Below are positions 35,427 through 44,107 of a stretch of 64,000 nucleotides of DNA, piece by piece. The translations under genes and the position numbers were made by a program. The notes under the pieces were generated by a model. That model saw only the letters and a list, made by a program, of their open reading frames with translations. It had not been told where the DNA came from and made no database searches. This DNA comes from a virus, in the IMG/VR virus record IMGVR_UViG_3300035703_000062, positions 10,338 through 74,337 of that record, one strand, 5' to 3'. Each line of letters opens with the position of its first letter. The stretch's first letter is position 1.

Positions 35427-36236
35427 ATGGCAAACGGCAGTTCCATTATTAACACGTCTCCTAGCGGCCTTCCCGTGGAGCTGGAAGATCGTGCTTATGC
35501 CTTCTGCATTGGCACGCAAATCTTTCAAAACCCATCACAAGAACCGCGAAATGGTAGGTTCAGTTTTAAGATTGAACCCCAACTGTTTGACGTGACAGTG
35601 AGCGGTGATGCTGTAGGCACCACCGCCATTGGCCTTGCCACTTCGACCAACATTTCAACGGTGTCCACGTGGACTGCCGCCAATGAGATTAGGGACAATG
35701 GTTCTAACTACGGCATCTATTCCGTAAGCTTTGCCGAAAGCACAAGCAACAATAAAAAAGTGAACGTGTGCTGCGCCGGCAGCACCGTTGCATCAGTGGT
35801 GAAGAACACTGTTAGTTCTTCCACTGACATTGCCTTTGATACGCTGACCATTTCTGGGCATGGCTATGCCACTGGTGATGCAGTGGTTATTTACAGCGGC
35901 TCCACTCCCACCCCATTGCAAAGTGGCGTTACTTACTACGCCATCCCTTCGGGTGCTGACAAGATTAGGCTTGCATCTTCTCGTGCTAATGCACTTGCAG
36001 GAAGTGGCATTGATATTACCGTGAGTGGTGGCCCTGTCTATTTGAAGAGCGACGATGTGTTTGAACTGCGTCGCGACGGTCTTACTGGAGCCGTTGATTT
36101 ATATAGGAACAATACTGCTGTCTATGCATTTAGCGGCACCACTGCAACCCTGAGGCCGTTTTTTTGGACGAGGGAGTCTAGCAATAGTGCTACGATACCA
36201 GTATTCAAGGAAATTAAAGTTAGCGGGGCTTCCTGA
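35427..36236 (+). CDS. Virion structural/tail-associated protein
   Basis: HGYATGDAV..PL..G.TYY.I....IRLA.SRANA module typical of tail proteins. Confidence 0.65.
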   Translation: MANGSSIINTSPSGLPVELEDRAYAFCIGTQIFQNPSQEPRNGRFSFKIEPQLFDVTVSGDAVGTTAIGLATSTNISTVSTWTAANEIRDNGSNYGIYSVSFAESTSNNKKVNVCCAGSTVASVVKNTVSSSTDIAFDTLTISGHGYATGDAVVIYSGSTPTPLQSGVTYYAIPSGADKIRLASSRANALAGSGIDITVSGGPVYLKSDDVFELRRDGLTGAVDLYRNNTAVYAFSGTTATLRPFFWTRESSNSATIPVFKEIKVSGAS

Positions 36237-36239
36237 TCC

Positions 36240-38087
36240 ATGGCGCAAACGCGATTGATTTCGGATCTTGTTGAGCTTGTAACGCCCAACAATGACGATG
36301 TGTTTGTCGTTGTAGATAATACGACCAACCCCTCGCTTTCTGTTACAAAGCGCATCACTTATGCCAATCTGAAGGAAGGTCTTCAGGACATGATTGATCT
36401 GCTCGTGTCTGGTGGCACGGGCATCAATGCATCGTATAACGACGGCAGCAATACTCTTACATTGTCAGTTGTTGCTGATACTACTGTTCAGCAAAGTGTT
36501 ATTTCGTCTGGCGGCACCACCATTGGTACGCGGCGCGAAATCAATTTTATTCCTGGTGCATCAATCCTGCTTTCTGGTACTGATAATCCTGGAAGCAACC
36601 GTGTTGATCTTGCCATTCGCACTAATGCAGTTTCGACTGCTAGCAATCTGGTAGGCGCTGGCACCACTTATAACGTGCTGTCCAGCATTTCAACGCTGGG
36701 CGATGGCACGCAGGATCTGCGCTTCCGCACTCTCAAGGCTGGTAGCGCGAAAGTATCGCTTGGCTTGGCCGATGGTGGTAACTCTGTAACGGTTGACATT
36801 GTTCCCAGTGGCATCAGTATTAACGATCTGAACACTGCATCGCCTCTTGCTATTGGCCTTGGTGGCACAAATGCCACCACGGCCTCGGATGCACGAAGCA
36901 ATCTTGGTGCAGCCAAGGCTGGTGACAATACGGACATCACAAGCCTGTCTGGCCTGACCACTGCCTTGTCAGTGAACCAAGGCGGCACGGGCGGCAATAC
37001 TGCTCAAGTGGCACTGCGTAACTTGCAGGGCCTCAACAGCGTGGCAAACGTCGCCACTGCTGGTCAGAGCATTGTTGCCAATGCTTCTACGCTTGTTGCT
37101 GGCAATTATCGAGCTGAACTGCGCGGCATTCGCGCTGGTAGCAGCAAGATCACTGTCGGCGTGGTGAGCAATGACATTAGTATCAATGCCAACTCCGATT
37201 TGATTCTTGCTGGCGCCACGCAAGATGTCAATTTCAATGGCTACAAGCTGACTAATATTGGTTCGCCTGTGTCATCTACTGACGCAGCCACTAAAGATTA
37301 TGTGGACAGCGTTGCACAGGGTCTGGTTGTTAAAGAGGCTGTGCTGCTGGCTACGACTAGCGGGCAAGTTGGTACGTATGCAGCTAGCGGCCAAACCTTC
37401 ACTTATACAGCCACTGGCACTCCCTCCATCGATGGCGTGAGCGTTACCGCCACTGGCACGCGAGTGCTGTTTAAGAACCAGGCGACGGCCAGCGAGAATG
37501 GTATTTATGAGCTGACCACTTCTGGTGATACTGGCATTAGCGCCATCTTCACTCGCGCATTGGACTACAACACCGATGTGGAAGTAGAAGCTGGTAGCTT
37601 CGCCTTTGTACTGAGCGGCGCAACAAATGCTGGTAAGCAATATGTGCAGACCACTCAAGCAGCAGTGCTTGATACCGACCCATTGGTCTTCACTGTTCTG
37701 AATGATCTTGTCATTCCAGACGACAGTATTTCTAATAGCAAGCTGGAGCATATGCCAGCATTGCGCGTTAAGGGCACGGTTGTTAGCGGCACGCCGCAAG
37801 ATCTGACGGCAGATCAAATTATTGAAATTGTGAACAGTGGTGGTACTACTGCCATTGATCAAGCTCGCGTGACCATCACTGGTGCGCTGGATAGCAATGC
37901 ACGAGTGGGCGTGAGCGTCACGGGCGTGACTGCCGGAACCCGCCGTAAGATCAACTTTATCCCCAGCGGCATTGCAGAGATTAGTGCTGCAGATGATGCT
38001 GGCAATGAAGAAATTGATGTGGTGATTAACGTGCCTGCACCAACTGCAGGAGGCGTCAGTCTCGGTTTGGCCGTTGCACTCGGCTAA
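36240..38087 (+). CDS. Tail fibre protein
   Basis: L.I..GGT.A..A..AR.NLG repeats, DAATKDYVD, RVLFKNQ....NGIY; C-terminal SLGLAVALG. Confidence 0.85.
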   Translation: MAQTRLISDLVELVTPNNDDVFVVVDNTTNPSLSVTKRITYANLKEGLQDMIDLLVSGGTGINASYNDGSNTLTLSVVADTTVQQSVISSGGTTIGTRREINFIPGASILLSGTDNPGSNRVDLAIRTNAVSTASNLVGAGTTYNVLSSISTLGDGTQDLRFRTLKAGSAKVSLGLADGGNSVTVDIVPSGISINDLNTASPLAIGLGGTNATTASDARSNLGAAKAGDNTDITSLSGLTTALSVNQGGTGGNTAQVALRNLQGLNSVANVATAGQSIVANASTLVAGNYRAELRGIRAGSSKITVGVVSNDISINANSDLILAGATQDVNFNGYKLTNIGSPVSSTDAATKDYVDSVAQGLVVKEAVLLATTSGQVGTYAASGQTFTYTATGTPSIDGVSVTATGTRVLFKNQATASENGIYELTTSGDTGISAIFTRALDYNTDVEVEAGSFAFVLSGATNAGKQYVQTTQAAVLDTDPLVFTVLNDLVIPDDSISNSKLEHMPALRVKGTVVSGTPQDLTADQIIEIVNSGGTTAIDQARVTITGALDSNARVGVSVTGVTAGTRRKINFIPSGIAEISAADDAGNEEIDVVINVPAPTAGGVSLGLAVALG

Positions 38088-38120
38088 TCCTTTTATACTA
38101 AACAAAGCACACGAACGATC

Positions 38121-38513
38121 ATGGCCGAGCGTTTCCAGGCAAAAAGCACAAAACTTAGCAGTGCTAATAGCGTCACTGACATTTTCAATCCCACCAGCGG
38201 AGCTGACGGCCTGTTGGATAGCAGCGATGACCGTTCAGTGGTACTATCTATTCTTGGTGCCAATGCTGACGGTTCCAGTGCAGTGGATGTAAGCGTGTTC
38301 GTTACTGCTACTGGCTCCACGTCTACGACAGTGGCCACTGTGGAAGGAGAGGCTACTAGCTTCTATCTTGCGAAGACCATTACTATTCCCGCTGATGCAT
38401 CGCTGGAATTCGTGGCGAACAAGGTGATTTTGAAGCATGGCCAGAAGCTTCGTGCTTATGCATCGGCGGCCAGTGACTGTGAAATCACAGTGAGCGCACT
38501 GGACATCTATTGA
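38121..38513 (+). CDS. Tail fibre-associated small beta protein
   Basis: YLAKTITIPADASLE..KVIL..G.KL pattern; follows the LAVALG-ending fibre. Confidence 0.65.
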   Translation: MAERFQAKSTKLSSANSVTDIFNPTSGADGLLDSSDDRSVVLSILGANADGSSAVDVSVFVTATGSTSTTVATVEGEATSFYLAKTITIPADASLEFVANKVILKHGQKLRAYASAASDCEITVSALDIY

Positions 38514-38518
38514 GAAAC

Positions 38519-38540
38519 GGCCCCTGAAGGGGCCACTTAT
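38519..38540 (+). terminator. Hairpin after 38513
   Basis: GGCCCC-TGAA-GGGGCC, weak U tract. Confidence 0.45.
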
Positions 38541-38565
38541 AATTGATTACGACTTAGGAAGGATT

Positions 38566-40542
38566 ATGGCTCGCAACACCTTGGCCCCTGGTGGATATAT
38601 TGGTGGCGAGCCGCCGAGGCGGCCATATTTAAATCAGCTTAGTGGCGTATGGAAGCTGGAAGACGCAGTGGAGCGTCAGAAGGCTGGTACGTGGACCAAC
38701 CCGCTAGGCATTGAAGACCTGTTTTCCACCTATCTTTACACAGGCAACGGCAGCACGCAGACGATCACGAATGGGATTGATCTGGCAGGTAAGGGTGGGT
38801 TGGTTTGGATTAAAAGCCGAAGCACAGTAACTGACAACGCTCTTTTTGACACTGCGCGAGGAGCATCTAATGGGTTTCTGCGTTCAAACACCACAGACAC
38901 GCCTTATGCAAACCCAAGCAGTGACCTGACCAGTTTTGACGCGTCCGGTTTCTCGATCACTAATAGCACAGGAAATGTCAACGTAAGCCCTCGCACCTAC
39001 GCCTCCTGGACCTTCCGCAAGGCCGCGAAGTTCTTTGATGTAGTGACGTGGACGGGGGATGGTGCATCTTCTCGCAACATCTCTCACGCTCTTGGTTCTA
39101 CGCCCGGCTTCATCGTTGTTAAACGAACAAGCGCATCCTCAGACTGGTGGTGTTGGCATAGGTCCATATCAACTGGTGATCTTTCTGGCAACAACTTGAT
39201 TGTATTAAACACAACAGCAGCCCAAACTAATATTGGCACAGTAATCGGAACGGCATCTTCCACGTCGTTCCAAGTTGGTGGTGATAGCTCTGTCAACGCC
39301 TCTGGCGCCACCTACGTCGCCTACCTATTCGCGCACGACGCTGGCGGGTTTGGCGATAGCGGCAATGACAGCGTGGTGAGTTGCGGTACATTTACAGGTG
39401 ATTCCACTGTTACTCTTGGTTGGGAGCCGCAGTGGCTTCTTTTTAAGCGTACTGATTCAACGGGTAACTGGAGAATTCTTGATAATATGAGGGGGATGCC
39501 AGTAATTGCAAGTTCTACTGGTAGTCAACAAGTTCTTTTTCCCAATACATCAGGAGCAGAATCAACTGATGGCGTAGCCAGTCCGACGCCAACAGGTTTT
39601 CAGGCGTTTTTAGGTGCTGGCACCTACATCTACATCGCCATCCGCCGTGGGCCGATGAAGACGCCTACGGATGCGACGAAGGTGTTTTCTCCTTACATTG
39701 CAGCAGGCAATACGGCTACTGGCTTTGTTACTGATTTGCAGTTTGCCTTAGAACGAGCCGGTAGCGCCAATAATGCCCAGACGTATGATCGTCTTCGCGG
39801 TGGCAAAACCTTAAGAACAAGCAGCACGGGTGCTGAGTTTAACTTCGATGTAGGTTTTGCGACAAATGACGGCACGACATATTCATGGACATCCGGTTAT
39901 CTACGGTATTCTTTCCGCCGCGCCCCCGGCTTCTTCGACGTGGTGGCTTATACGGGCACGGGCAGCGATCAGACTATCACTCATAATCTCGGCGTTACGC
40001 CGGAGCTAATAATTGTAAAATGCAGAAGCGCAGTCGATGATTGGTATGTTTATAGTCAGAGTTTGCCAACCGCTACGCAGAACTGGGTAAGGCTTAGTAC
40101 TAACGCTTCTGCAAATGGCGCTATTGGACAAGATCTTTGGGGGCCGCCAACTTCGACAACGTTCAAGGTGGATACTTATTTAGCACTGTCCACTTCTGCT
40201 GGCACCTACATCGCCTACCTCTTCGCCTCCTGCCCCGGGGTCAGCAAGGTCGGCAGCTATACCGGCACTGGCACCACGCTGAGCATCGACTGCGGCTTCA
40301 CAGCAGGCGCACGGTTCGTTCTGATCAAGCGCACTGACAGCACCGGTGACTGGTACGTCTGGGACACCGCTCGCGGCATCATCAGTGGTAACGATCCATC
40401 ACTTTTATTGAACTCTACTGCTGCGGAAGTGACGAACACTGACTACATCGACCCGCTGAATGCTGGCTTCCAAATTAGCTCTACTGCCCCTGCCGCCATC
40501 AATGCAAACGGCGGAAGCTTCATCTTTTTTGCAGTGGCTTAG
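38566..40542 (+). CDS. Receptor-binding/adhesin-like protein with repeated beta domains
   Basis: Repeats of Y/WTG.G...I.H.LG..P..IIVK.....W..Y(V/I)AYLFA; N-terminal GGYIG..SGVW anchor. Confidence 0.75.
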   Translation: MARNTLAPGGYIGGEPPRRPYLNQLSGVWKLEDAVERQKAGTWTNPLGIEDLFSTYLYTGNGSTQTITNGIDLAGKGGLVWIKSRSTVTDNALFDTARGASNGFLRSNTTDTPYANPSSDLTSFDASGFSITNSTGNVNVSPRTYASWTFRKAAKFFDVVTWTGDGASSRNISHALGSTPGFIVVKRTSASSDWWCWHRSISTGDLSGNNLIVLNTTAAQTNIGTVIGTASSTSFQVGGDSSVNASGATYVAYLFAHDAGGFGDSGNDSVVSCGTFTGDSTVTLGWEPQWLLFKRTDSTGNWRILDNMRGMPVIASSTGSQQVLFPNTSGAESTDGVASPTPTGFQAFLGAGTYIYIAIRRGPMKTPTDATKVFSPYIAAGNTATGFVTDLQFALERAGSANNAQTYDRLRGGKTLRTSSTGAEFNFDVGFATNDGTTYSWTSGYLRYSFRRAPGFFDVVAYTGTGSDQTITHNLGVTPELIIVKCRSAVDDWYVYSQSLPTATQNWVRLSTNASANGAIGQDLWGPPTSTTFKVDTYLALSTSAGTYIAYLFASCPGVSKVGSYTGTGTTLSIDCGFTAGARFVLIKRTDSTGDWYVWDTARGIISGNDPSLLLNSTAAEVTNTDYIDPLNAGFQISSTAPAAINANGGSFIFFAVA

Positions 40543-40588
40543 AGCTAGTCCTTTCCATTGCTACCATTAGTTTACTGACGATTTAACC

Positions 40589-41341
40589 ATGGGACAAGGC
40601 GGATACATCGGCGCAAGCCCTGCTTGGCAAGGAGGACCTACTAATCCCTATCCCTATCTGCCTGGTGCATGGCAAATTCAGGAAGCGTATCGCAGAGGGC
40701 GCAGTGGCACTTGGACTCGGGCAGGTATTCCAGTGATTGGTGAGCCTTATCAAGGCGGCTTTTTTGCTGGATTTATTAGTCATACTGCTGACGGCAACGC
40801 CACGCACGCATTAATTGTGGCGCCACGTGCCACCGGGGGCATGGGTGGCTCTTATCCGCGTGACTCGCGGTGGAAGACCAGTCAAACCACGACAGTTGGC
40901 ACTACAAGCCCGTTTGATGGCGCCGCAAATACCGCTGCAATAGTTACTGCTGGGATTGCCGCTCATCCCGCTGCTCAATTTTGCGTCAGCCTTAGCATTG
41001 GCGGATATACAGATTGGTATCTTCCCTCGCGGTATGAGCTTGATATTGCCTATCAAAACTTAAAGCCAACAACCTACAATAACGACACATCTTGGGGCGT
41101 CAACCCTTATTCAGTGCCAGCGCGTACAGTCAATCGCACCACTGGAACCCCCTTGAGAACGTCAGTAGCCGCCTTTCAAGATGGCGGAACAGAATCCTTT
41201 GTTACGAGCTACCACTGGTCATCCACTGAGGGCAGCGCCGCGAATGCGTGGACAGTGTACTTCATTGATGGCTCCCATCTAAGTACTACCAAGACCGACA
41301 CCACATGGTACGTTCGTGCCTTCCGCAAAGTAGCGCTTTAA
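40589..41341 (+). CDS. DUF1566/Lcl C-type-lectin-fold adhesin, DGR target-type protein
   Basis: IGEPYQGGFFAG, GGYTDWYLPSRYEL, C-terminal WSSTE..NAW.V.F..G......K......VRAFR variable-region pattern. Confidence 0.85.
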   Translation: MGQGGYIGASPAWQGGPTNPYPYLPGAWQIQEAYRRGRSGTWTRAGIPVIGEPYQGGFFAGFISHTADGNATHALIVAPRATGGMGGSYPRDSRWKTSQTTTVGTTSPFDGAANTAAIVTAGIAAHPAAQFCVSLSIGGYTDWYLPSRYELDIAYQNLKPTTYNNDTSWGVNPYSVPARTVNRTTGTPLRTSVAAFQDGGTESFVTSYHWSSTEGSAANAWTVYFIDGSHLSTTKTDTTWYVRAFRKVAL

Positions 41342-41403
41342 TACTTTCGTTCTTTAGACAGCAAGCGAGCATGCCCTAAACTAAGACTTTCTCGCTTTTT
41401 TCT

Positions 41404-41460
41404 TTGGCTAAATACAAGCATCTGCCAATATACAAATCAACCTATGACCTTGGTGAATAG
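41404..41460 (+). pseudogene. avd: 5' remnant of DGR accessory variability determinant (Avd four-helix bundle)
   Basis: TTG-MAKYKHLPIYKSTYDL then premature TAG; matches the Avd N-terminal (Y)xxLP(I/V)YKxxYDL pattern. Confidence 0.7.
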
Positions 41461-41578
41461 CTATTTAGGATTTTTGCGGCACATGAACAGCTATGGCGCC
41501 AGAGAAAAGATATGCAGAAGGTTTTCTTGGCTAGGCTATGAATCAAATGCAGAAATGACAAAAATTATTTCGCTTTAG
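41453..41578 (+). pseudogene. 3' remnant of DGR reverse transcriptase (thumb region)
   Basis: VNSYLGFLRHMNSYGAREKI..* matches the RT C-terminal NSYLGxxxHxNSYxxR motif; no catalytic YxDD part present. Confidence 0.7.
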
Positions 41579-41589
41579 GAGGGTAAGAA

Positions 41590-41730
41590 ATGGCAGCAAA
41601 AAGCAAAGTAGGGCTGTCTGGTGGCAGGCGCTTGATTATTGGCAAGCCCAAGCGCACCCGACAGGGAGAGGGCAAAAACAGCAAGCCTTCTCATGGTCGC
41701 AAGCCATCACGAGGGCAGGGCAAGAGCTGA
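41590..41730 (+). CDS. Small basic protein (46 aa; KPK.TRQG.G..SK..RGQG cyanophage-type)
   Basis: AGGAGG RBS; MAAKSKVGLSGGRRLIIGKPKRTRQGEGKNSKPSHGRKPSRGQGKS (below ORF-track cutoff). Confidence 0.75.
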   Translation: MAAKSKVGLSGGRRLIIGKPKRTRQGEGKNSKPSHGRKPSRGQGKS

Positions 41731-41758
41731 TTATCATTAAGAAAAGCCTTGATACACC

Positions 41759-42100
41759 GTGATTGATCCCGCTAAATACGACATCACTATTCATCAGGGT
41801 GCCACATTTGAGCTGAATTTACAGCTTAAAGATGGCAATGGCAGTCCAGTGGCAATGTCAGGCTACACAGTGGCTGGCAAAGTGTACGACAGATATGGCG
41901 CCACATTATTGGCCACGTTTGTCCAAGAATGGACCACCCAAGCAAGCGGCTTGTTCAAACTTTCCATTCCAGCATCAGGCACTGCCACTTTGAGTGGCAG
42001 CGCCCAATATGACGTGCTAGTTACAGAGCCCACTGGTCGAAAATACTACCTCCTTGAAGGGGCTGCCATTATCAATCCAGGCCTTACAGGGAGGGCGTGA
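41759..42100 (+). CDS. BppU N-terminal-like fibre adaptor
   Basis: YDITIHQGATF..YDVLV....YLLEG...PG.T. Confidence 0.7.
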   Translation: MIDPAKYDITIHQGATFELNLQLKDGNGSPVAMSGYTVAGKVYDRYGATLLATFVQEWTTQASGLFKLSIPASGTATLSGSAQYDVLVTEPTGRKYYLLEGAAIINPGLTGRA

Positions 42101-42375
42101 TGGAAGTTGTTATTAGTGGAGCATCATCTCCGCAGGTGCAAATTGTAGAGAGTGGTAATACTGTCGTCGTCACTCGTCCAATAATTTCTACTGTTTCGCT
42201 GACTATGGCTGGCCCTCAGGGGCCAGCCTTCACAGGACAGCAACTATTTAACATTGGAGCAATTGAGCAGCTTACTGTAGCAAATAGCGGCTCCACGCTA
42301 CAGTGGAATGGCACGCAATATGTGCCAGCCTCAGAACTTGGCACAAACTTAACGATTAACGGGGGAGCGTTTTAA
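42097..42375 (+). CDS. Short fibre-associated protein
   Basis: GPQGP, L.WNG, INGGAF ending. Confidence 0.65.
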   Translation: MMEVVISGASSPQVQIVESGNTVVVTRPIISTVSLTMAGPQGPAFTGQQLFNIGAIEQLTVANSGSTLQWNGTQYVPASELGTNLTINGGAF

Positions 42376-43115
42376 TGAGCGGCAGCATTATTAAACTGAA
42401 AAGGCGAGCTGCAACTGGAGCAACTGGCGCCCCTGCTTCTCTAAAGAGTGGCGAACTTGCCTTTAACGAAAACGTTTCCGACAAGAGCCTGTACTATGGC
42501 TATGGCGATGATGGCAGCGGCAATGCCACGTCGATCATTTCCATTGGTGGCGAAGGTGCCTTTGCTACTCTAAGCACCAACCAAACGCTCACTGGCAATA
42601 AAACTTTTACTGGCACAGTCACGCTTACAGGCGCCACTGTTGCATTGAATACAAGCCAGCTCACTGAGAGCGGCAGCTTGTTCTTTACAAACGCTCGCGC
42701 TCGTGCTGCTCTTTCTGGGAGCAGCACTGTTTCGTTTGATCAAAATACAGGCATTATTAGCCTGCCAAATGATCTCACCATTGCAAGCGGCCTTACCGTA
42801 GGCGGCGACCTCGCTGTTAATGGCACACTGACAACAATTAACAGTACCACTGTTACTGTTGACGACAAGAATATTGAGCTTGGCTCCACTGCATCGCCCA
42901 CGGATGAAACTGCCGATGGTGGTGGTATCACGCTCAAAGGCGCCACTGACAAAGAAATTAAGTGGTTGAATGCCACTGACTCTTGGACTTTTAATCAAAA
43001 TGTCAACATTTCATCTGGCGGCCTCAGAATTGGCGGCACTGAAGTGATTAGTTCTGCTCGCGTGTTGAGCAATGTGACGGTTAGCGGCGTCACCATCGAT
43101 GGAGGAGAATACTAA
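42375..43115 (+). CDS. Tail fibre protein
   Basis: IKLKR..P..L..GELA.N N-terminus; NSTTVTVDDKNIELG, ADGGGITLKGATDK; IDGGEY ending. Confidence 0.8.
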   Translation: MSGSIIKLKRRAATGATGAPASLKSGELAFNENVSDKSLYYGYGDDGSGNATSIISIGGEGAFATLSTNQTLTGNKTFTGTVTLTGATVALNTSQLTESGSLFFTNARARAALSGSSTVSFDQNTGIISLPNDLTIASGLTVGGDLAVNGTLTTINSTTVTVDDKNIELGSTASPTDETADGGGITLKGATDKEIKWLNATDSWTFNQNVNISSGGLRIGGTEVISSARVLSNVTVSGVTIDGGEY

Positions 43116-43150
43116 TCCATCGTCAGGCTATATAGCCAATTGGAGGCCAA

Positions 43151-43525
43151 ATGGCAAATCGCATTCGCATTCGCAGGAGTGCAGTTCCAGGGAAGATTCC
43201 CGCTGTTAGCGACATTGAGCTTGGCGAACTTGCTGTCAACACTTTTGACGGAAGAGCATTCCTCAAAAGGGACAATGGCGCAGAAAGTATTGTTGCTCTC
43301 GGCACTGTCACGTCAGTAAGTGGCGGCACTGGCATTTCAGTGGCCAGTGGAACAACCACTGCTGTTGTTTCGCTGAATAATACTGGCGTGGCGTCTGGCG
43401 TCTACGGAAGTAGTAGTCAAGTGCCTGTAATTACAGTGGATGCTCAAGGGCGCATCATTGCAGTGTCTGGCGTTGCAATTAGTGCTGGCGGCACTAGCTT
43501 GGGCCTTGCAGTTGCATTGGGCTAA
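43151..43525 (+). CDS. Short tail fibre protein
   Basis: IRIRRSAVPGK.P...GELAVNT.DG; P.ITVDAQGRI; C-terminal SLGLAVALG. Confidence 0.75.
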   Translation: MANRIRIRRSAVPGKIPAVSDIELGELAVNTFDGRAFLKRDNGAESIVALGTVTSVSGGTGISVASGTTTAVVSLNNTGVASGVYGSSSQVPVITVDAQGRIIAVSGVAISAGGTSLGLAVALG

Positions 43526-43559
43526 GTCTTTCTACAATTAAAACAATCACCTTCCGACC

Positions 43560-44105
43560 ATGGCTCTTTACAGCTTTCTCAATGGCTACCCTCAGCCTCT
43601 GCCATTTCGCATTGAAGTGGATGGACTGCCGCGCACTGATCCGTCCACTTTTACTGCTGAGGAGATTTACCGCGCCGGTTATCGCGGTCCCATCGGATTT
43701 CCTGGCTACGACGGCGCGACGGAGCGCTTGCTGTGGAATGGTGATGAATTTGAAGTGGTGCCACTGACGCAAGAGGAGCTGAATGCCGCCGCAGAACAAG
43801 CTCGCCGTGGTCGCGTAAATTACGAGCAATTGTGGCAAGTGCTGAAGACTACCAGCGTCTATCAGACTTTACGGCAGGCAGCAGCAAGTGATTTGCCGGC
43901 CAACATGATCTGCACCGAACTACTGGTGGCACTATCGGACGCACGCGCTGGTAAGGCCGACGAAGAAGCAATTGGTGCTCTCTTGGGGCAGTTGCTTGAA
44001 GCACTGTCCCTTACGAAGGAAGATAAAGATGGTTTGTACGCTGCGCTGAAGGCTGGTGGCGTTGAATGGCTCTATGTTATTCCTGGCTATGTTCCTGCTG
44101 ATTGA
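43560..44105 (+). CDS. Putative tail fibre assembly protein
   Basis: P..LPFRI....RTD..TFT.EEI..AGY..P..YD....L.W.G pattern. Confidence 0.55.
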   Translation: MALYSFLNGYPQPLPFRIEVDGLPRTDPSTFTAEEIYRAGYRGPIGFPGYDGATERLLWNGDEFEVVPLTQEELNAAAEQARRGRVNYEQLWQVLKTTSVYQTLRQAAASDLPANMICTELLVALSDARAGKADEEAIGALLGQLLEALSLTKEDKDGLYAALKAGGVEWLYVIPGYVPAD

Positions 44106-44107
44106 TC

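Noticed and set aside
41341-41760. Active DGR
   Set aside because: No template repeat and no RT catalytic domain in the window; only remnants
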